Shown here: one piece after another, positions 18,178 through 27,340 of the stretch
Position numbering within the stretch: position 1 is the stretch's first letter
Layout: every line of letters starts with the position of its first letter
Source: Anaerolineales bacterium
GTDB taxonomy: Bacteria; Chloroflexota; Anaerolineae; Anaerolineales; RBG-16-64-43
Direction of reading: 5' to 3'
Assembly: GCA_016932475.1 (NCBI GenBank)
Contig: JAFGCU010000056.1
Coordinates: 13,787-77,786, forward strand
DNA length: 64,000 bases
Position numbers and translations under genes: made by a program
Notes under the pieces: generated by a model
Seen by the model: the letters and a program-made list of their open reading frames with translations, nothing else
What the model was told of the DNA's origin: nothing
Databases searched by the model: none

Positions 18178-18307
18178 GGGGATTATCGGCCGCCTCCATA
18201 ACCGCAGGGGATTATACCGTCCGCCCGGGTGCCCGGTTTGCCGCGTTACATTTAATTCGGTGAAGAATCACCAAGAAGGCGGGCGATCGTTTGGAAAACG
18301 TAGGGTG

Positions 18308-18402
18308 CCCTCTCCTTTTCCTCCCCCATTTGCCTTGGGATTTAATTCGCGTGTACGTATTTATTCACATGGAAAATGGGGGAGGGTTGGGAGGGGGAGG
18401 GG
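18308..18402. repeat. C-rich / G-rich inverted repeat around an AT-rich core; G-tract run
   Basis: ccctctccttttcctcccccatttgcc ... ggaaaatgggggagggttgggagggggagggg. G-tracts continue to 18412 and abut the stop codon at 18415-18417. Confidence 0.7.
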
Positions 18403-18414
18403 GGATGGGATGGT

Positions 18415-19077
18415 CTACGAAGATTCCTTGTCGTTCATGTCCAACAACATTTGCCTCGCCTGGTTGCGCAATCGGGGATCGGGAATTTCCGCCAGGGAAT
18501 AATATTCCGTTCCGTCCACGCGAATGATGTTTCTCCCGGCGACCTGGATCACCTGCATGCCTTCCTCGTCCTCGGCTTCGGCGTCGGACTCGCCGTCGAA
18601 CTCAAGCGAATCCCTCATCTGGATCAGAAATTCGTTTTGCGGCTGTTGTTCCAGCATCTGATCCAAGGCCTTGCGGATCGCGGCTTTGCGATCTTCCGAA
18701 GCATCCGTCCAATCTCCGGCCGCCTGCATCTGCTTGACCGCTCTGCTTAAGTCGATCAAGGTCGAGATTTGAGGAACGGCGTTGCGCAGGAAATCCGTGA
18801 AAAACGGCTGCCCACCGATGCCGGCTGGAATCCGTTCGGGTTGGCCGGATCCGCCCGCATCCTGCCCCGGTTGCCGCATCCAATCCGGAGCGGATTCATC
18901 ACCGGGGAACGCGGCGGGCATCCGACGGTTGTGCTTTTGCAGAGAGTTCGGCGCGGGCATAAAATCCTCCTCGTTACGCCGGGTGCGGATCCCCCACGCA
19001 AGCGCCGCCATCAGGAGGAATACCGTGAAAACAGCCCCCGCGAGAAGGATGATTTGGACGATCGGAGCCATGGTCAA
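18415..19077 (-). CDS. membrane-anchored hypothetical protein
   Basis: ORF 18415..19077. N-terminal TM IVQIILLAGAVFTVFLLMAALAW. Acidic C-terminal half. No recognised domain. Confidence 0.6.
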   Translation of the reverse strand: MTMAPIVQIILLAGAVFTVFLLMAALAWGIRTRRNEEDFMPAPNSLQKHNRRMPAAFPGDESAPDWMRQPGQDAGGSGQPERIPAGIGGQPFFTDFLRNAVPQISTLIDLSRAVKQMQAAGDWTDASEDRKAAIRKALDQMLEQQPQNEFLIQMRDSLEFDGESDAEAEDEEGMQVIQVAGRNIIRVDGTEYYSLAEIPDPRLRNQARQMLLDMNDKESS

Positions 19078-19148
19078 CCTCCGGGATGAGAAAAACCGCC
19101 AACCGGACCGCCGTAGAACGCGGTTGAGGGGAGGGGAAATAATCCGAA

Positions 19149-19979
19149 TTATCCGGTCGGATTGTTCTGAATGTATCTACGTGCCGCGGCGCAAAAAGGG
19201 CAATCGGGATTTGTGCACAGCATGGCTTGCGGATCCTGCCGGATCCATCCGGCGGCGATGTTGAGCAGATCACGCAACGGGATTCGGACAACCGGAAAAG
19301 AACCCACCCTCCCCCGTTGAACAATCCCTTCCAGTTTCTCGTCGATCGCCCCGAATCCCCGCGAACAGCCCGGGAAACCCGTGCATTCCACAACGCCTTG
19401 GGGGGTCAATGCCCAGCGTATGAATGGTTTTCTTCCCGTCCGCTGCTCGGCCAGATGCAGGGCCACATTCGCGGGCGGGTCAATACCCAGGATGACTACA
19501 TCACCGCCCGCTTTCGCCAGCGCGTCGATCGGCGCGAACGGTTCCGCGAGAGTTTGCGTTTCGAGGATCTCCAGTGCGCCCAAACCGGCGAAGGAAAGGA
19601 TCGGATGTCCGGAGCGGACGGCTCCCTCCATGCGCCGGAGGGTTTCCGGAAGCGGCCCGAGCAGAGGGGAGACGCGCAACGACGGGCGGAAAAAATCCGC
19701 CTCCACGCTGGCCGCGCTCGCTTCCGGGTAATCGACCGCATTGTCCGGCGGGCCTTCCGCCGGATAGACCATCGTTTGGTAGGTGAACGCCGGTGCGATC
19801 ACCGTCCTGCAGGAAGCCGCCAACGCCGCGGACAGCGCGGCCGCTCCCCCGCGCACCGTCTCCGGCACAAGGGACGGGCCGATCACCAGGATCCGCGATT
19901 CTCCTTCCAGACCGATGCGCCGGAAGGCCAGGAGAACGTCGCGGTATCCGAATACGCCTGCGTGTTTACGGGTGGGCAT
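19149..19979 (-). CDS. AAC(3)-family (aminoglycoside N3-acetyltransferase fold) protein
   Basis: Matches the remembered AAC(3) pattern: VRSGHPILSF (R-S-x-HP), GGDVVILGIDPPANVALHLAEQ (LLG...T.LH.AE). Extra C-terminal CTNPDCPFC. Confidence 0.7.
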   Translation of the reverse strand: MPTRKHAGVFGYRDVLLAFRRIGLEGESRILVIGPSLVPETVRGGAAALSAALAASCRTVIAPAFTYQTMVYPAEGPPDNAVDYPEASAASVEADFFRPSLRVSPLLGPLPETLRRMEGAVRSGHPILSFAGLGALEILETQTLAEPFAPIDALAKAGGDVVILGIDPPANVALHLAEQRTGRKPFIRWALTPQGVVECTGFPGCSRGFGAIDEKLEGIVQRGRVGSFPVVRIPLRDLLNIAAGWIRQDPQAMLCTNPDCPFCAAARRYIQNNPTG

Positions 19980-20027
19980 GTGCGGAATTCGAGCGCGGCC
20001 GAAGGATCCCTGAACGGATCCGGCGCA

Positions 20028-20846
20028 TTATTTTCCCTTTCCCAACTCGATCGAACGACGATGGGCGGCCTGCACCGCCCGTGAGACGATCTCCCGGAAA
20101 CCATCCGCTTCGAACGATTGAAGCGCCGCCGCGGTGGTGCCGCCCGGCGAGGTCACCTGATTGCGCAATTGCCCCAGATCCAGCGCGCTGCTCCCGGCGT
20201 ACTCCGAGGATCCCTGCACGGTTTGGAGGACGAGCTGCCTGGCCACGGCCGGAGGAAATCCAAGCTGGATCCCCGCCTCCGTCAGCGCTTCCATAAAAAG
20301 AAACACATACGCCGGGCCGGATCCGGAAAGCGCGGTCGCCGCGTCGAGGTAAGTTTCCTCCTCCACATATACTTCCATTCCCAGCGCACCGAGAATTTCG
20401 CGGGCCTGCGACCGCTGGGCTTCGGTTACGGCGGCGGATGCCGTCCAGACCGTCACCCCCCGCCCGATTTGCGCGGGCGTGTTCGGCATCGATCGGACGA
20501 CGGCCGCATGCGCCAATCCCTCGGCAATGGCGTCGATTTTCGCCCCGGCGATGATGGAAATGACAAGCGCCCGCCCGGGCACGCCGCCCGAAAGCGCCCG
20601 CATCACCTGCGGCAGGGTCTGCGGTTTAACGGATAGCACGATCACATCCGCCCCATCCGCCGCCGCGCAATTATCATCGCTGAAGCCGACCGCGTAGCGC
20701 TCCACCAGCTCCCCGCCGCGTTCCGGACGCACATCGGACGCGATGATGCGCGCCGGATCGAGCAGCTTGCGCCCCAGTAAGCCGCGGATGACCGCTTCCG
20801 CCATCACTCCGGCTCCGATGAACGCTACTTTGGATTTCTCAAGCAT
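20028..20846 (-). CDS. proC: pyrroline-5-carboxylate reductase
   Basis: VAFIGAGVMAEAVIRGLL Rossmann N-terminus. C-terminal SPGGTTAAAL signature. Confidence 0.95.
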   Translation of the reverse strand: MLEKSKVAFIGAGVMAEAVIRGLLGRKLLDPARIIASDVRPERGGELVERYAVGFSDDNCAAADGADVIVLSVKPQTLPQVMRALSGGVPGRALVISIIAGAKIDAIAEGLAHAAVVRSMPNTPAQIGRGVTVWTASAAVTEAQRSQAREILGALGMEVYVEEETYLDAATALSGSGPAYVFLFMEALTEAGIQLGFPPAVARQLVLQTVQGSSEYAGSSALDLGQLRNQVTSPGGTTAAALQSFEADGFREIVSRAVQAAHRRSIELGKGK

Positions 20847-21624
20847 GGGTGTCTCCCTCCCCCCAGTTCCATTCGCGCATGGCTTTCAGCGTATCATACG
20901 CGGTGAGATCCAATTGAACCGGCGTGATCGAAACGTATCCCTGCGAGACCGCCCAGTAATCCGTTTCTTCTTCCAGAATTCCCTCCGGAGGCCTGCCGCC
21001 GATCCAGTAATACGGCTTCCCGCGCGGATCGATCCGGGTGACAAGTTCGTCCTGGTATACCCGCAAGCCCTGCCGGGTGACGCGTATCCCGCGGATTTTC
21101 TCCTCGGGCAGGCACGGCACGTTGATGTTCAGGAGGACCCCCGGCGGCAGTTTCCGTGCGAGCACGGACCGGACGGCTACCGCGGCGAACTTCGCCGCAG
21201 TCTGGTAGGCAAGCTCCGCCGCCGCCGCCGGAACGCACATCGAGACGGCGATCCCCGCCGCACCGTTGATCACCGCTTCCATGGCCGCGGTCACGGTCCC
21301 CGAGTAGGTGAGATCGTATCCCAGGTTGGGGCCGGCGTTGACTCCCGAGACGACGATATCGACGGGTTTTTTAATCAGCCCGAGGATCGCCAGCGCCACG
21401 CAATCCGAAGGCGCGCCGCTCGTGACGGTCACCGGGGAGCCGTCCGCAAGCTTCGCATCCCATGCCCGCAACGGTTTGTGCATGGTCTTCACATGCCCGC
21501 CGGCGGACCAATTGTGTTCGGGGACGCATACGGTCACATCCCCTTCGGCCCGCAGCGCCTGCGCCAGGATCGGCAGGCCGGGGGCGTGCACTCCGTCGTC
21601 GTTGGTTACCAGAATGTGGGTCAT
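20839..21624 (-). CDS. surE: 5'/3'-nucleotidase SurE
   Basis: MTHILVTNDDGVHAPGL canonical SurE N-terminus. GVNAGPNLG and YSGTV motifs. Confidence 0.95.
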   Translation of the reverse strand: MTHILVTNDDGVHAPGLPILAQALRAEGDVTVCVPEHNWSAGGHVKTMHKPLRAWDAKLADGSPVTVTSGAPSDCVALAILGLIKKPVDIVVSGVNAGPNLGYDLTYSGTVTAAMEAVINGAAGIAVSMCVPAAAAELAYQTAAKFAAVAVRSVLARKLPPGVLLNINVPCLPEEKIRGIRVTRQGLRVYQDELVTRIDPRGKPYYWIGGRPPEGILEEETDYWAVSQGYVSITPVQLDLTAYDTLKAMREWNWGEGDTHA

Positions 21625-22283
21625 CGTGATCCGGCGCCGTCCGTTTCCGCCGGCCGGCTCCCGAGCGGTTTGATCATCCGGTGGAAACCCGAGTATTGTA
21701 CGCCCGGCGCGCGCAGTCTGCTGATCACTTTGCGGTCCACTTGGTACCCCATCCGTTGATAAAACCGGAAGGCATCGGCGTTGTGCAGCATCACGGAAAG
21801 GGAGCAGGTGGAAATATTCAAATCCCGCGCCCGCCGTTCGGATTCCTCCAGCAGAGCGCGCCCGATTCCGCGTTTGCGGTACTCCGGCGCCACCGCCAGC
21901 GTGCTTATGTAAAACTCCCCCGCTTCCGCATCCCCCTCAAACGCCAGCGGAAAACCCCTCCATGCCAGGCCAAGGCCGGCTCTCCATCCGAAGCATTTTG
22001 AAAAGGTCCGCGCGAGTTGGAGCGTTGCTTTCGAAAGTTCCGACTCGGGTATCTCCTGCGCGATGCCGGCCACGGTTCCATCCGCCTCCGCCAGGACGGA
22101 ATATTGATACGAGAGGAAATGGCCGCGTTCGCGGAAAAGCGCCGCGAGCACCCGGATGGTTTCCGTTCCCGCGGATTGCCCAAATAGAAAATCCCCGAGG
22201 GTGCCCATGGTTTCGTACATCAACACCGCCGCCGGATCGGCGTCTTCCGGTGTGGCAGGGCGTAGGATAATGGAGGCAGACAT
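21621..22283 (-). CDS. GNAT family N-acetyltransferase
   Basis: Inside ORF 21621..22340. LAVAPEYRKRGIGRALLE (acetyl-CoA motif A). The stop overlaps the surE start as ATGA. Confidence 0.85.
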   Translation of the reverse strand: MSASIILRPATPEDADPAAVLMYETMGTLGDFLFGQSAGTETIRVLAALFRERGHFLSYQYSVLAEADGTVAGIAQEIPESELSKATLQLARTFSKCFGWRAGLGLAWRGFPLAFEGDAEAGEFYISTLAVAPEYRKRGIGRALLEESERRARDLNISTCSLSVMLHNADAFRFYQRMGYQVDRKVISRLRAPGVQYSGFHRMIKPLGSRPAETDGAGSR

Positions 22284-22316
22284 GCCCGCATTGTAATCCA
22301 ACCGGGCTTTCAGAAT

Positions 22317-22394
22317 CCACGAAGAGCACGAATAGCACAAAGTATTGATGAAAAAGCCTCATGCATTTTTTCGTGCCCTTCATGCTATTCGTGG
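22317..22394. repeat. CACGAA-type long imperfect hairpin repeat (9-nt periodic arms)
   Basis: ccacgaaga gcacgaata gcacaaagt - loop - ttcgtgccc ttcatgcta ttcgtgg. Confidence 0.7.
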
Positions 22395-22455
22395 ATTCTA
22401 TGGATTGTCAAGCGCTGGAAAGCGCATTAGACTCCCCGGATGAGGAGCATGTTCC

Positions 22456-23382
22456 ATGCCTGAACCCGTCCGCGACCGGATCTGCAGCCCGGAAGGACAG
22501 GAACCGCCGCGTCCGGCACGCCGGCCGGAATGGATCCGGCTTGCGAAGCCGCCCGAGGAGAAGGTAAAAGCGCTCCGATCCCTGATGCGGGCGGGTTCGC
22601 TGCACACCGTGTGCGAAGAGGCCATGTGCCCGAACTTCGGAGAGTGCTGGAGCCGCGGCACCGCGACTTTCCTTCTTCTCGGGGATATCTGCACCCGCGC
22701 ATGCGGATTCTGCGACGTCAAGCACGGGCGCCCCGCACCGCTCGATCCCGGCGAACCGGAACGGGTCGCCCGGACGGCCGCGGATTTGGGCCTGCGCCAC
22801 GTGGTGATCACCTCGGTCACCCGCGACGAATTGCCCGACGGCGGCGCGGCGGTTTTCGCCGAGACCATCCGCCGGGTGCGCGGAACGCTTCCCGGCTCCA
22901 CGATCGAAGTCCTCATCCCGGATTTTAAGGGAAACGAATCTTCCCTGCGGCTTGTGCTGGATGCGCATCCGGACATCCTCAACCACAACGTGGAAACGGT
23001 CCCGCGCCTGTTCCGCAAAGTCCAGCCCCAGGACCGGTATGCCTGGGCGCGGGCCACCCTGGAAGCCGCCAAACAAATAAATCCGGCGCAGCTTACCAAG
23101 TCCGGCATCATGGTCGGTTTGGGGGAAACGTTCGCCGAGGTGGTTGCGATGATGCGGGAATTGCGCCGCTGGCAGGTGGACATCCTCACGATCGGCCAAT
23201 ACCTCCAGCCTTCGCGGCGCCATCTGCCGGTGGAATGCTATTACACTCCGCAGGAATTCAGCGCGTGGAAGCGCATCGGCCTTGAGGAACTGGGGTTCCG
23301 CTGGGTGGAATCCGCTCCCCTGGTGCGCTCCTCCTACCGCGCCGACGAGCAGGCCGCGGCCCTGGTGCGAAGGGATGGCTGA
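22456..23382 (+). CDS. lipA: lipoyl synthase
   Basis: [13 protein letters not shown] and [10 protein letters not shown] cluster motifs. RBS AGGAG upstream. Confidence 0.95.
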   Translation: MPEPVRDRICSPEGQEPPRPARRPEWIRLAKPPEEKVKALRSLMRAGSLHTVCEEAMCPNFGECWSRGTATFLLLGDICTRACGFCDVKHGRPAPLDPGEPERVARTAADLGLRHVVITSVTRDELPDGGAAVFAETIRRVRGTLPGSTIEVLIPDFKGNESSLRLVLDAHPDILNHNVETVPRLFRKVQPQDRYAWARATLEAAKQINPAQLTKSGIMVGLGETFAEVVAMMRELRRWQVDILTIGQYLQPSRRHLPVECYYTPQEFSAWKRIGLEELGFRWVESAPLVRSSYRADEQAAALVRRDG

Positions 23383-23451
23383 TATCCAAAAGGGGCTGTC
23401 CTGAAAATAAAAGAACGGTTGTCTTGGGCGATACCTTGCCCTGGTTTGGTC

Positions 23452-23547
23452 GTCATTCCCGCGTGATCTTAGCGGGAATCCAGGGTTTTCAGGAGTGGCT
23501 GCCCGCTGGGTACACCCTTGCTTCGCGAGGGTAGGCGCGGGCATGAC
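23452..23547. repeat. GTCAY-type hairpin repeat pair (variant)
   Basis: gtcattcccgcgtgatcttagcgggaatcc ... (reverse complement) gtcatgcccgcgcctaccctcgcgaagcaagggtgtac. Lies in the convergent gap lipA / ABC-2 permease. Confidence 0.55.
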
Positions 23548-23617
23548 GATCAAAATTTTTTCGGCGTTTCTTTGTAAACTACCCCTCGCTACGGCAAACC
23601 GGAATCGCGACCGCGTC

Positions 23618-24709
23618 TTACGTCTCCTGGCGCCGCATCACCCAAACCACCATGATAAACAGGGCCAATGTGGAAACGGCGATCAAGCCCAGCCGCCACG
23701 CCGCTTCCGCAAATGTGACCGCGCCGGTGAGCGATTGATTCAATAGCTCCACCAAGTAGTAGGTCGGGATCAGGCGGATGATCTTGTCGATCAGGTCCGG
23801 CGGCTGCAAAACGCTCAGCCAGCTCGGCGCCAGCAGAATCATCATCACGATCGTCGACCAGGTGTTGATCTGCATCATCGTGTGCAGCAGGGTGCCCATC
23901 AGCAATCCCGCCATCACCAAAAACAACGCGCCCAGCACCACCGCGAGAAGGGTGACCGGCCAATTCCCGGAGACTCCCTTATTCAGCAGGATCAGCATCC
24001 CCGCGCTCAGGAGCGAGTAGGTCAACCCGGTGACGGCTTTCCCCGCCGCGATCTCCGCCGGGGTGACCGGTGCGACGAGGAGGAATTCCATCGTATGCTT
24101 TTCCTTCTCCTCGACCAGAAGCAGGGGCACCACGAAACTGCCGGTCATGGTCAGCGACATCACCAGGAACATCACCAACAGGTAAAAATCCATCCGGAAG
24201 CCTTCCTTCCGTATGCCGCTTTCGGCGATTTCATTCTCCGGCGCGGCGGATGTGCTCCAAACCATCCGAACCGGCGCGCCCTCTTCGCGCATCGTCCACA
24301 CCTGCTGATAGACGATATCCCGGAAGACCGCGAGTTCGCTTCCTCCCTTGCGGATGTTGAGATAAATCACCAATTCCGGCCGGTTCCCCAGATCCACATC
24401 CGCGTCGAAATTCTCGGGGAGGATAATTCCCCCGACGGAATCCCCGGTGACTTCTTCCTGCAAGGCAGCCAGAGAATCCACCTCCACCAGGGTTAACGTC
24501 TCGACATCCCGCAACTGGGCTGTCAGCCGGGAATGGCCCGGGTCATAGACCGACACCCGGAACTTGCCGGTGTTCGCCACGCCGCCGAAAATCAGTTGGA
24601 ATAAAAGCGACAGGCCGATCGGCAGGATCAGGCTCATCAACAGGTAACGGTTTTTGATCGCGTCGAGAATATCCTTCCAAGCGATGGCCAGTATCGTCCG
24701 GGCGTTCAT
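23618..24709 (-). CDS. ABC-2 type transporter permease
   Basis: Inside ORF 23618..24802. Start MNARTILAIAWKDILDAIKNRY overlaps the ATPase stop (ATGA). N-terminal TM, large loop, then 5 C-terminal TMs as in ABC-2 permeases. Confidence 0.8.
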   Translation of the reverse strand: MNARTILAIAWKDILDAIKNRYLLMSLILPIGLSLLFQLIFGGVANTGKFRVSVYDPGHSRLTAQLRDVETLTLVEVDSLAALQEEVTGDSVGGIILPENFDADVDLGNRPELVIYLNIRKGGSELAVFRDIVYQQVWTMREEGAPVRMVWSTSAAPENEIAESGIRKEGFRMDFYLLVMFLVMSLTMTGSFVVPLLLVEEKEKHTMEFLLVAPVTPAEIAAGKAVTGLTYSLLSAGMLILLNKGVSGNWPVTLLAVVLGALFLVMAGLLMGTLLHTMMQINTWSTIVMMILLAPSWLSVLQPPDLIDKIIRLIPTYYLVELLNQSLTGAVTFAEAAWRLGLIAVSTLALFIMVVWVMRRQET

Positions 24710-25554
24710 TCGTCCAATCCTTTCCCGGTCAACCGGATGAAAATCTGCTCGAGGGTCGCCTCCGCCGAATGCACGGTGAGGATGTCTCCGCGCGCCGCCC
24801 ACTCGCCCAATTGCCTGCCGTCCGCGGGATTATCCAGGCTCACCGTCCGGTCCGAGCCGTCCTTGAAAACAGTCCGCACCAGACGCTCCCCGTGCGAGAG
24901 CTTGAGCTTTTGCGGAGTGTCCATCGCCACAATCCGCCCCTCGTTCAGGAAGGCCACCCGCCGGCAGAGCTGATCGGCTTCCTCCATGTAATGGGTGGTC
25001 AACAGGATCGTCACGCCCAGCGCCGCAAGCCCCATTACCAGATCTCGGATCTGGCGGGATGCGGTCGGGTCCAACCCTTTGGTCGGTTCGTCCAGGAACA
25101 GGATCCTCGGCCGGTGCAGAAGCGCCCGGGCAATCAGCAGGCGTTGCTTCATGCCGTTCGAGTAACTGCGGATGGGATCCTTGGCCCGGTCGGCCAGGCC
25201 GACCTTCTCCATCATTTCCCGCACCTGCAATGGGCCGCATCCGTACAACCGGGCGGCAAATAACAGGTTTTCTCCGCCCGTCATCCGTTCATACAGGTTC
25301 TGATATTCGAACACAACGCCAATTTGCGATTTCAGAGCCTGCCGTTCGCGGACGACGTCGCAGCCCGCCACCCGCGCTTCGCCCGCCGTCGGGCGCAACT
25401 GGCCGGTCAGCATGCGGATCGTAGTGGTCTTTCCCGCGCCGTTGGGCCCCAGCAGACCGAAGATTTCCCCTTCTTCGACTGGGAAGGAGACATCCAGGAC
25501 CGCTTTCCGTCCGTTGAACGAACGGTTTAAATTAATCGCTTCGATGGTATTCAT
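24706..25554 (-). CDS. ABC transporter ATP-binding protein
   Basis: Walker A GPNGAGKTT, signature YSNGMKQRL, Walker B ILFLDEPT. Confidence 0.92.
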   Translation of the reverse strand: MNTIEAINLNRSFNGRKAVLDVSFPVEEGEIFGLLGPNGAGKTTTIRMLTGQLRPTAGEARVAGCDVVRERQALKSQIGVVFEYQNLYERMTGGENLLFAARLYGCGPLQVREMMEKVGLADRAKDPIRSYSNGMKQRLLIARALLHRPRILFLDEPTKGLDPTASRQIRDLVMGLAALGVTILLTTHYMEEADQLCRRVAFLNEGRIVAMDTPQKLKLSHGERLVRTVFKDGSDRTVSLDNPADGRQLGEWAARGDILTVHSAEATLEQIFIRLTGKGLDE

Positions 25555-25665
25555 GCAATCTCCTTCATTGTCCGCCCACTCCTGTCCGCCCCCAATCGCT
25601 TCCGCAGGAAAAGATCCGAATGCCGATCTTGGTTTGCGCAGCCAGCAGGGCGGGGAAGGAGGGGA

Positions 25666-25989
25666 TCATTCCTTCTTCCACTCCCGGGCTTTTTCTCCCA
25701 ACTGGTCCAGCTTCTTCCAATGCTCGCGGACGGCTTTCCGTCCCTGGTCGGAAATTTCAATCCGCGTATTCGGCCGCTTGTCGATAAACTGCTTTTCCAC
25801 GCTCACCAATCCCGCCTCCTCCAATTTGGCGATATGGCTGGAGAGATTCCCGCCGCTCATGCCGGTCAGCCGCTGCAGGAAGAGGAAGTCCGCCGATCTG
25901 CAGGACGCCAGCGCCGTCAGGATCGCGAGCCTCGCCGGCTCATGGATCAGACGGTCCAACCCGGCCAATGCCTCAAACGGACTGTCCAT
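25666..25989 (-). CDS. winged-helix (ArsR/HTH_34-like) transcriptional regulator
   Basis: 107 aa. IHEPARLAILTAL...LQRLTGMSGGNLSSHIAKLEEAGLV is a typical wHTH recognition region. Confidence 0.8.
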   Translation of the reverse strand: MDSPFEALAGLDRLIHEPARLAILTALASCRSADFLFLQRLTGMSGGNLSSHIAKLEEAGLVSVEKQFIDKRPNTRIEISDQGRKAVREHWKKLDQLGEKAREWKKE

Positions 25990-26605
25990 GCGGAACCTCC
26001 CCGGCGGACGGCATCGATCGTGCCAGGAAAAGATGTCCCGCCACGCCGTAAATCATGATGATTATCCCATCGACCGCATAGACCAGGAACAGCGGGGAGC
26101 GGAACCCGAAAACCGCCAGGGCCGGTCCGTCCAAAAGCGGGAGGAAGGCGGAGAGGGCCATCTCCCCGATACACAGCAGCCCGACCGGGAAGATGGCCGG
26201 GTTTGTTGCGCCTGCGAGGCGCAGCATCCGGAAGTAATCCAGGAACAGGCTTGCCGCAAACACAAGGGCGAAGAGAGACACGGGGGACCGGGTTTCCATA
26301 TCCACGGCGAAAGCCGCAAGCGCGACGAGGGAAAACACCGTGGAAAGAATCACGTCAGACCAATACGCCCGGCGTGTTTGCTCCACCCTGCCGTAAGTCC
26401 GGCGGTAATACCATTCGATCAACCCGTACAGCACAGCCGTCGCGAATAAGCCGATCAGGGGCAGTGTAAGATCCCGCGCCGGTCCCTTTTGTCCGTTCGA
26501 CCAGAGGACCACCAGGAAGAGCAACAGGCCCGGCGGGACAGCCTTCAATCCCTGAAGGCGGGAATAATTCACCGTAAGGAACCGTATTTTCTCGAGGCTG
26601 GGCAT
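25973..26605 (-). CDS. polytopic membrane protein, unknown family (paralog A)
   Basis: Inside ORF 25973..26662. ATG at 26605 follows AAGGAG and aligns with the paralog N-terminus (MPSLEKIRFLTVNYSRLQGLK vs MQDLQKIRYIAANFPELQGLK). Shared YYRRT(F/Y)GRVE motif. Confidence 0.7.
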   Translation of the reverse strand: MPSLEKIRFLTVNYSRLQGLKAVPPGLLLFLVVLWSNGQKGPARDLTLPLIGLFATAVLYGLIEWYYRRTYGRVEQTRRAYWSDVILSTVFSLVALAAFAVDMETRSPVSLFALVFAASLFLDYFRMLRLAGATNPAIFPVGLLCIGEMALSAFLPLLDGPALAVFGFRSPLFLVYAVDGIIIMIYGVAGHLFLARSMPSAGEVPHGQSV

Positions 26606-26665
26606 TTTTTCTCCTTGCGATAATTCCGCCGTATTCATGCGCTCAGGATCAAGAGATTCCACATC

Positions 26666-27295
26666 CTATGCCTGCGAAATGTGTTCGGGCTGGCTGTGAT
26701 CAGCCTCCAAGGCCAATGACAGCGATCGGATCAGGATGAAATGCTCAAACACCCCGTACATCACATAAATCCATCCGATGACAAAGCCCACCAAACGGAT
26801 TTTTGATTGGAAGCCCAATGTGGCGGCCACGTCCATTCCCAGCATCGGTAAAAATGCTGAGAAGAAAACCAGTGCGATGCAGACAAGCCCGGCCGGAAAA
26901 ACCGCGGGGCTCCTTACGCCGGACTGTCGCACCATCCACGCATAGTTCCACAACATGATGATCGCCATCGCGACGGCGAATAGGGATATGGATGTTGGGT
27001 AAAGTAAATCCAGCGCCAATCCTGCAAATCCCAACACCATAACCGCGACGGACAGCAGAAGGTATTTCCGCCTGTATTCCTTGGTCACTTCCACCCGTCC
27101 GAAAGTCCTTCGATAATACCGATGGATAATCCAATACAGGCACAGAAAAACCGGGGTCAGGATACAGCCGAGAGACAAATCCCCCTGTTGGCCGATAAAA
27201 ACGGAGGAAACCCACAAACCGATCGGCACAGTCTTCAATCCCTGGAGTTCGGGAAAATTTGCAGCGATATACCGGATTTTCTGAAGATCTTGCAT
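26666..27295 (-). CDS. polytopic membrane protein, unknown family (paralog B)
   Basis: ORF 26666..27295. GGAGG RBS. Same length and motif layout as 25973..26605. Confidence 0.7.
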   Translation of the reverse strand: MQDLQKIRYIAANFPELQGLKTVPIGLWVSSVFIGQQGDLSLGCILTPVFLCLYWIIHRYYRRTFGRVEVTKEYRRKYLLLSVAVMVLGFAGLALDLLYPTSISLFAVAMAIIMLWNYAWMVRQSGVRSPAVFPAGLVCIALVFFSAFLPMLGMDVAATLGFQSKIRLVGFVIGWIYVMYGVFEHFILIRSLSLALEADHSQPEHISQA

Positions 27296-27318
27296 GTCCC
27301 CTCCCCGACGCAGATAGA

Positions 27319-27331
27319 TTTGTAATACAAA
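27319..27331. promoter_or_regulatory. palindromic candidate operator TTTGT-AAT-ACAAA
   Basis: Lies between the -10 box and the RBS of the first gene of an operon that encodes a wHTH regulator. Confidence 0.35.
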
Positions 27332-27340
27332 CTTATTTAT

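Noticed and set aside
22408-23553. 381-aa and 263-aa minus-strand ORFs across lipA.
   Set aside because: They are antisense to an unmistakable lipoyl synthase and have no motifs.
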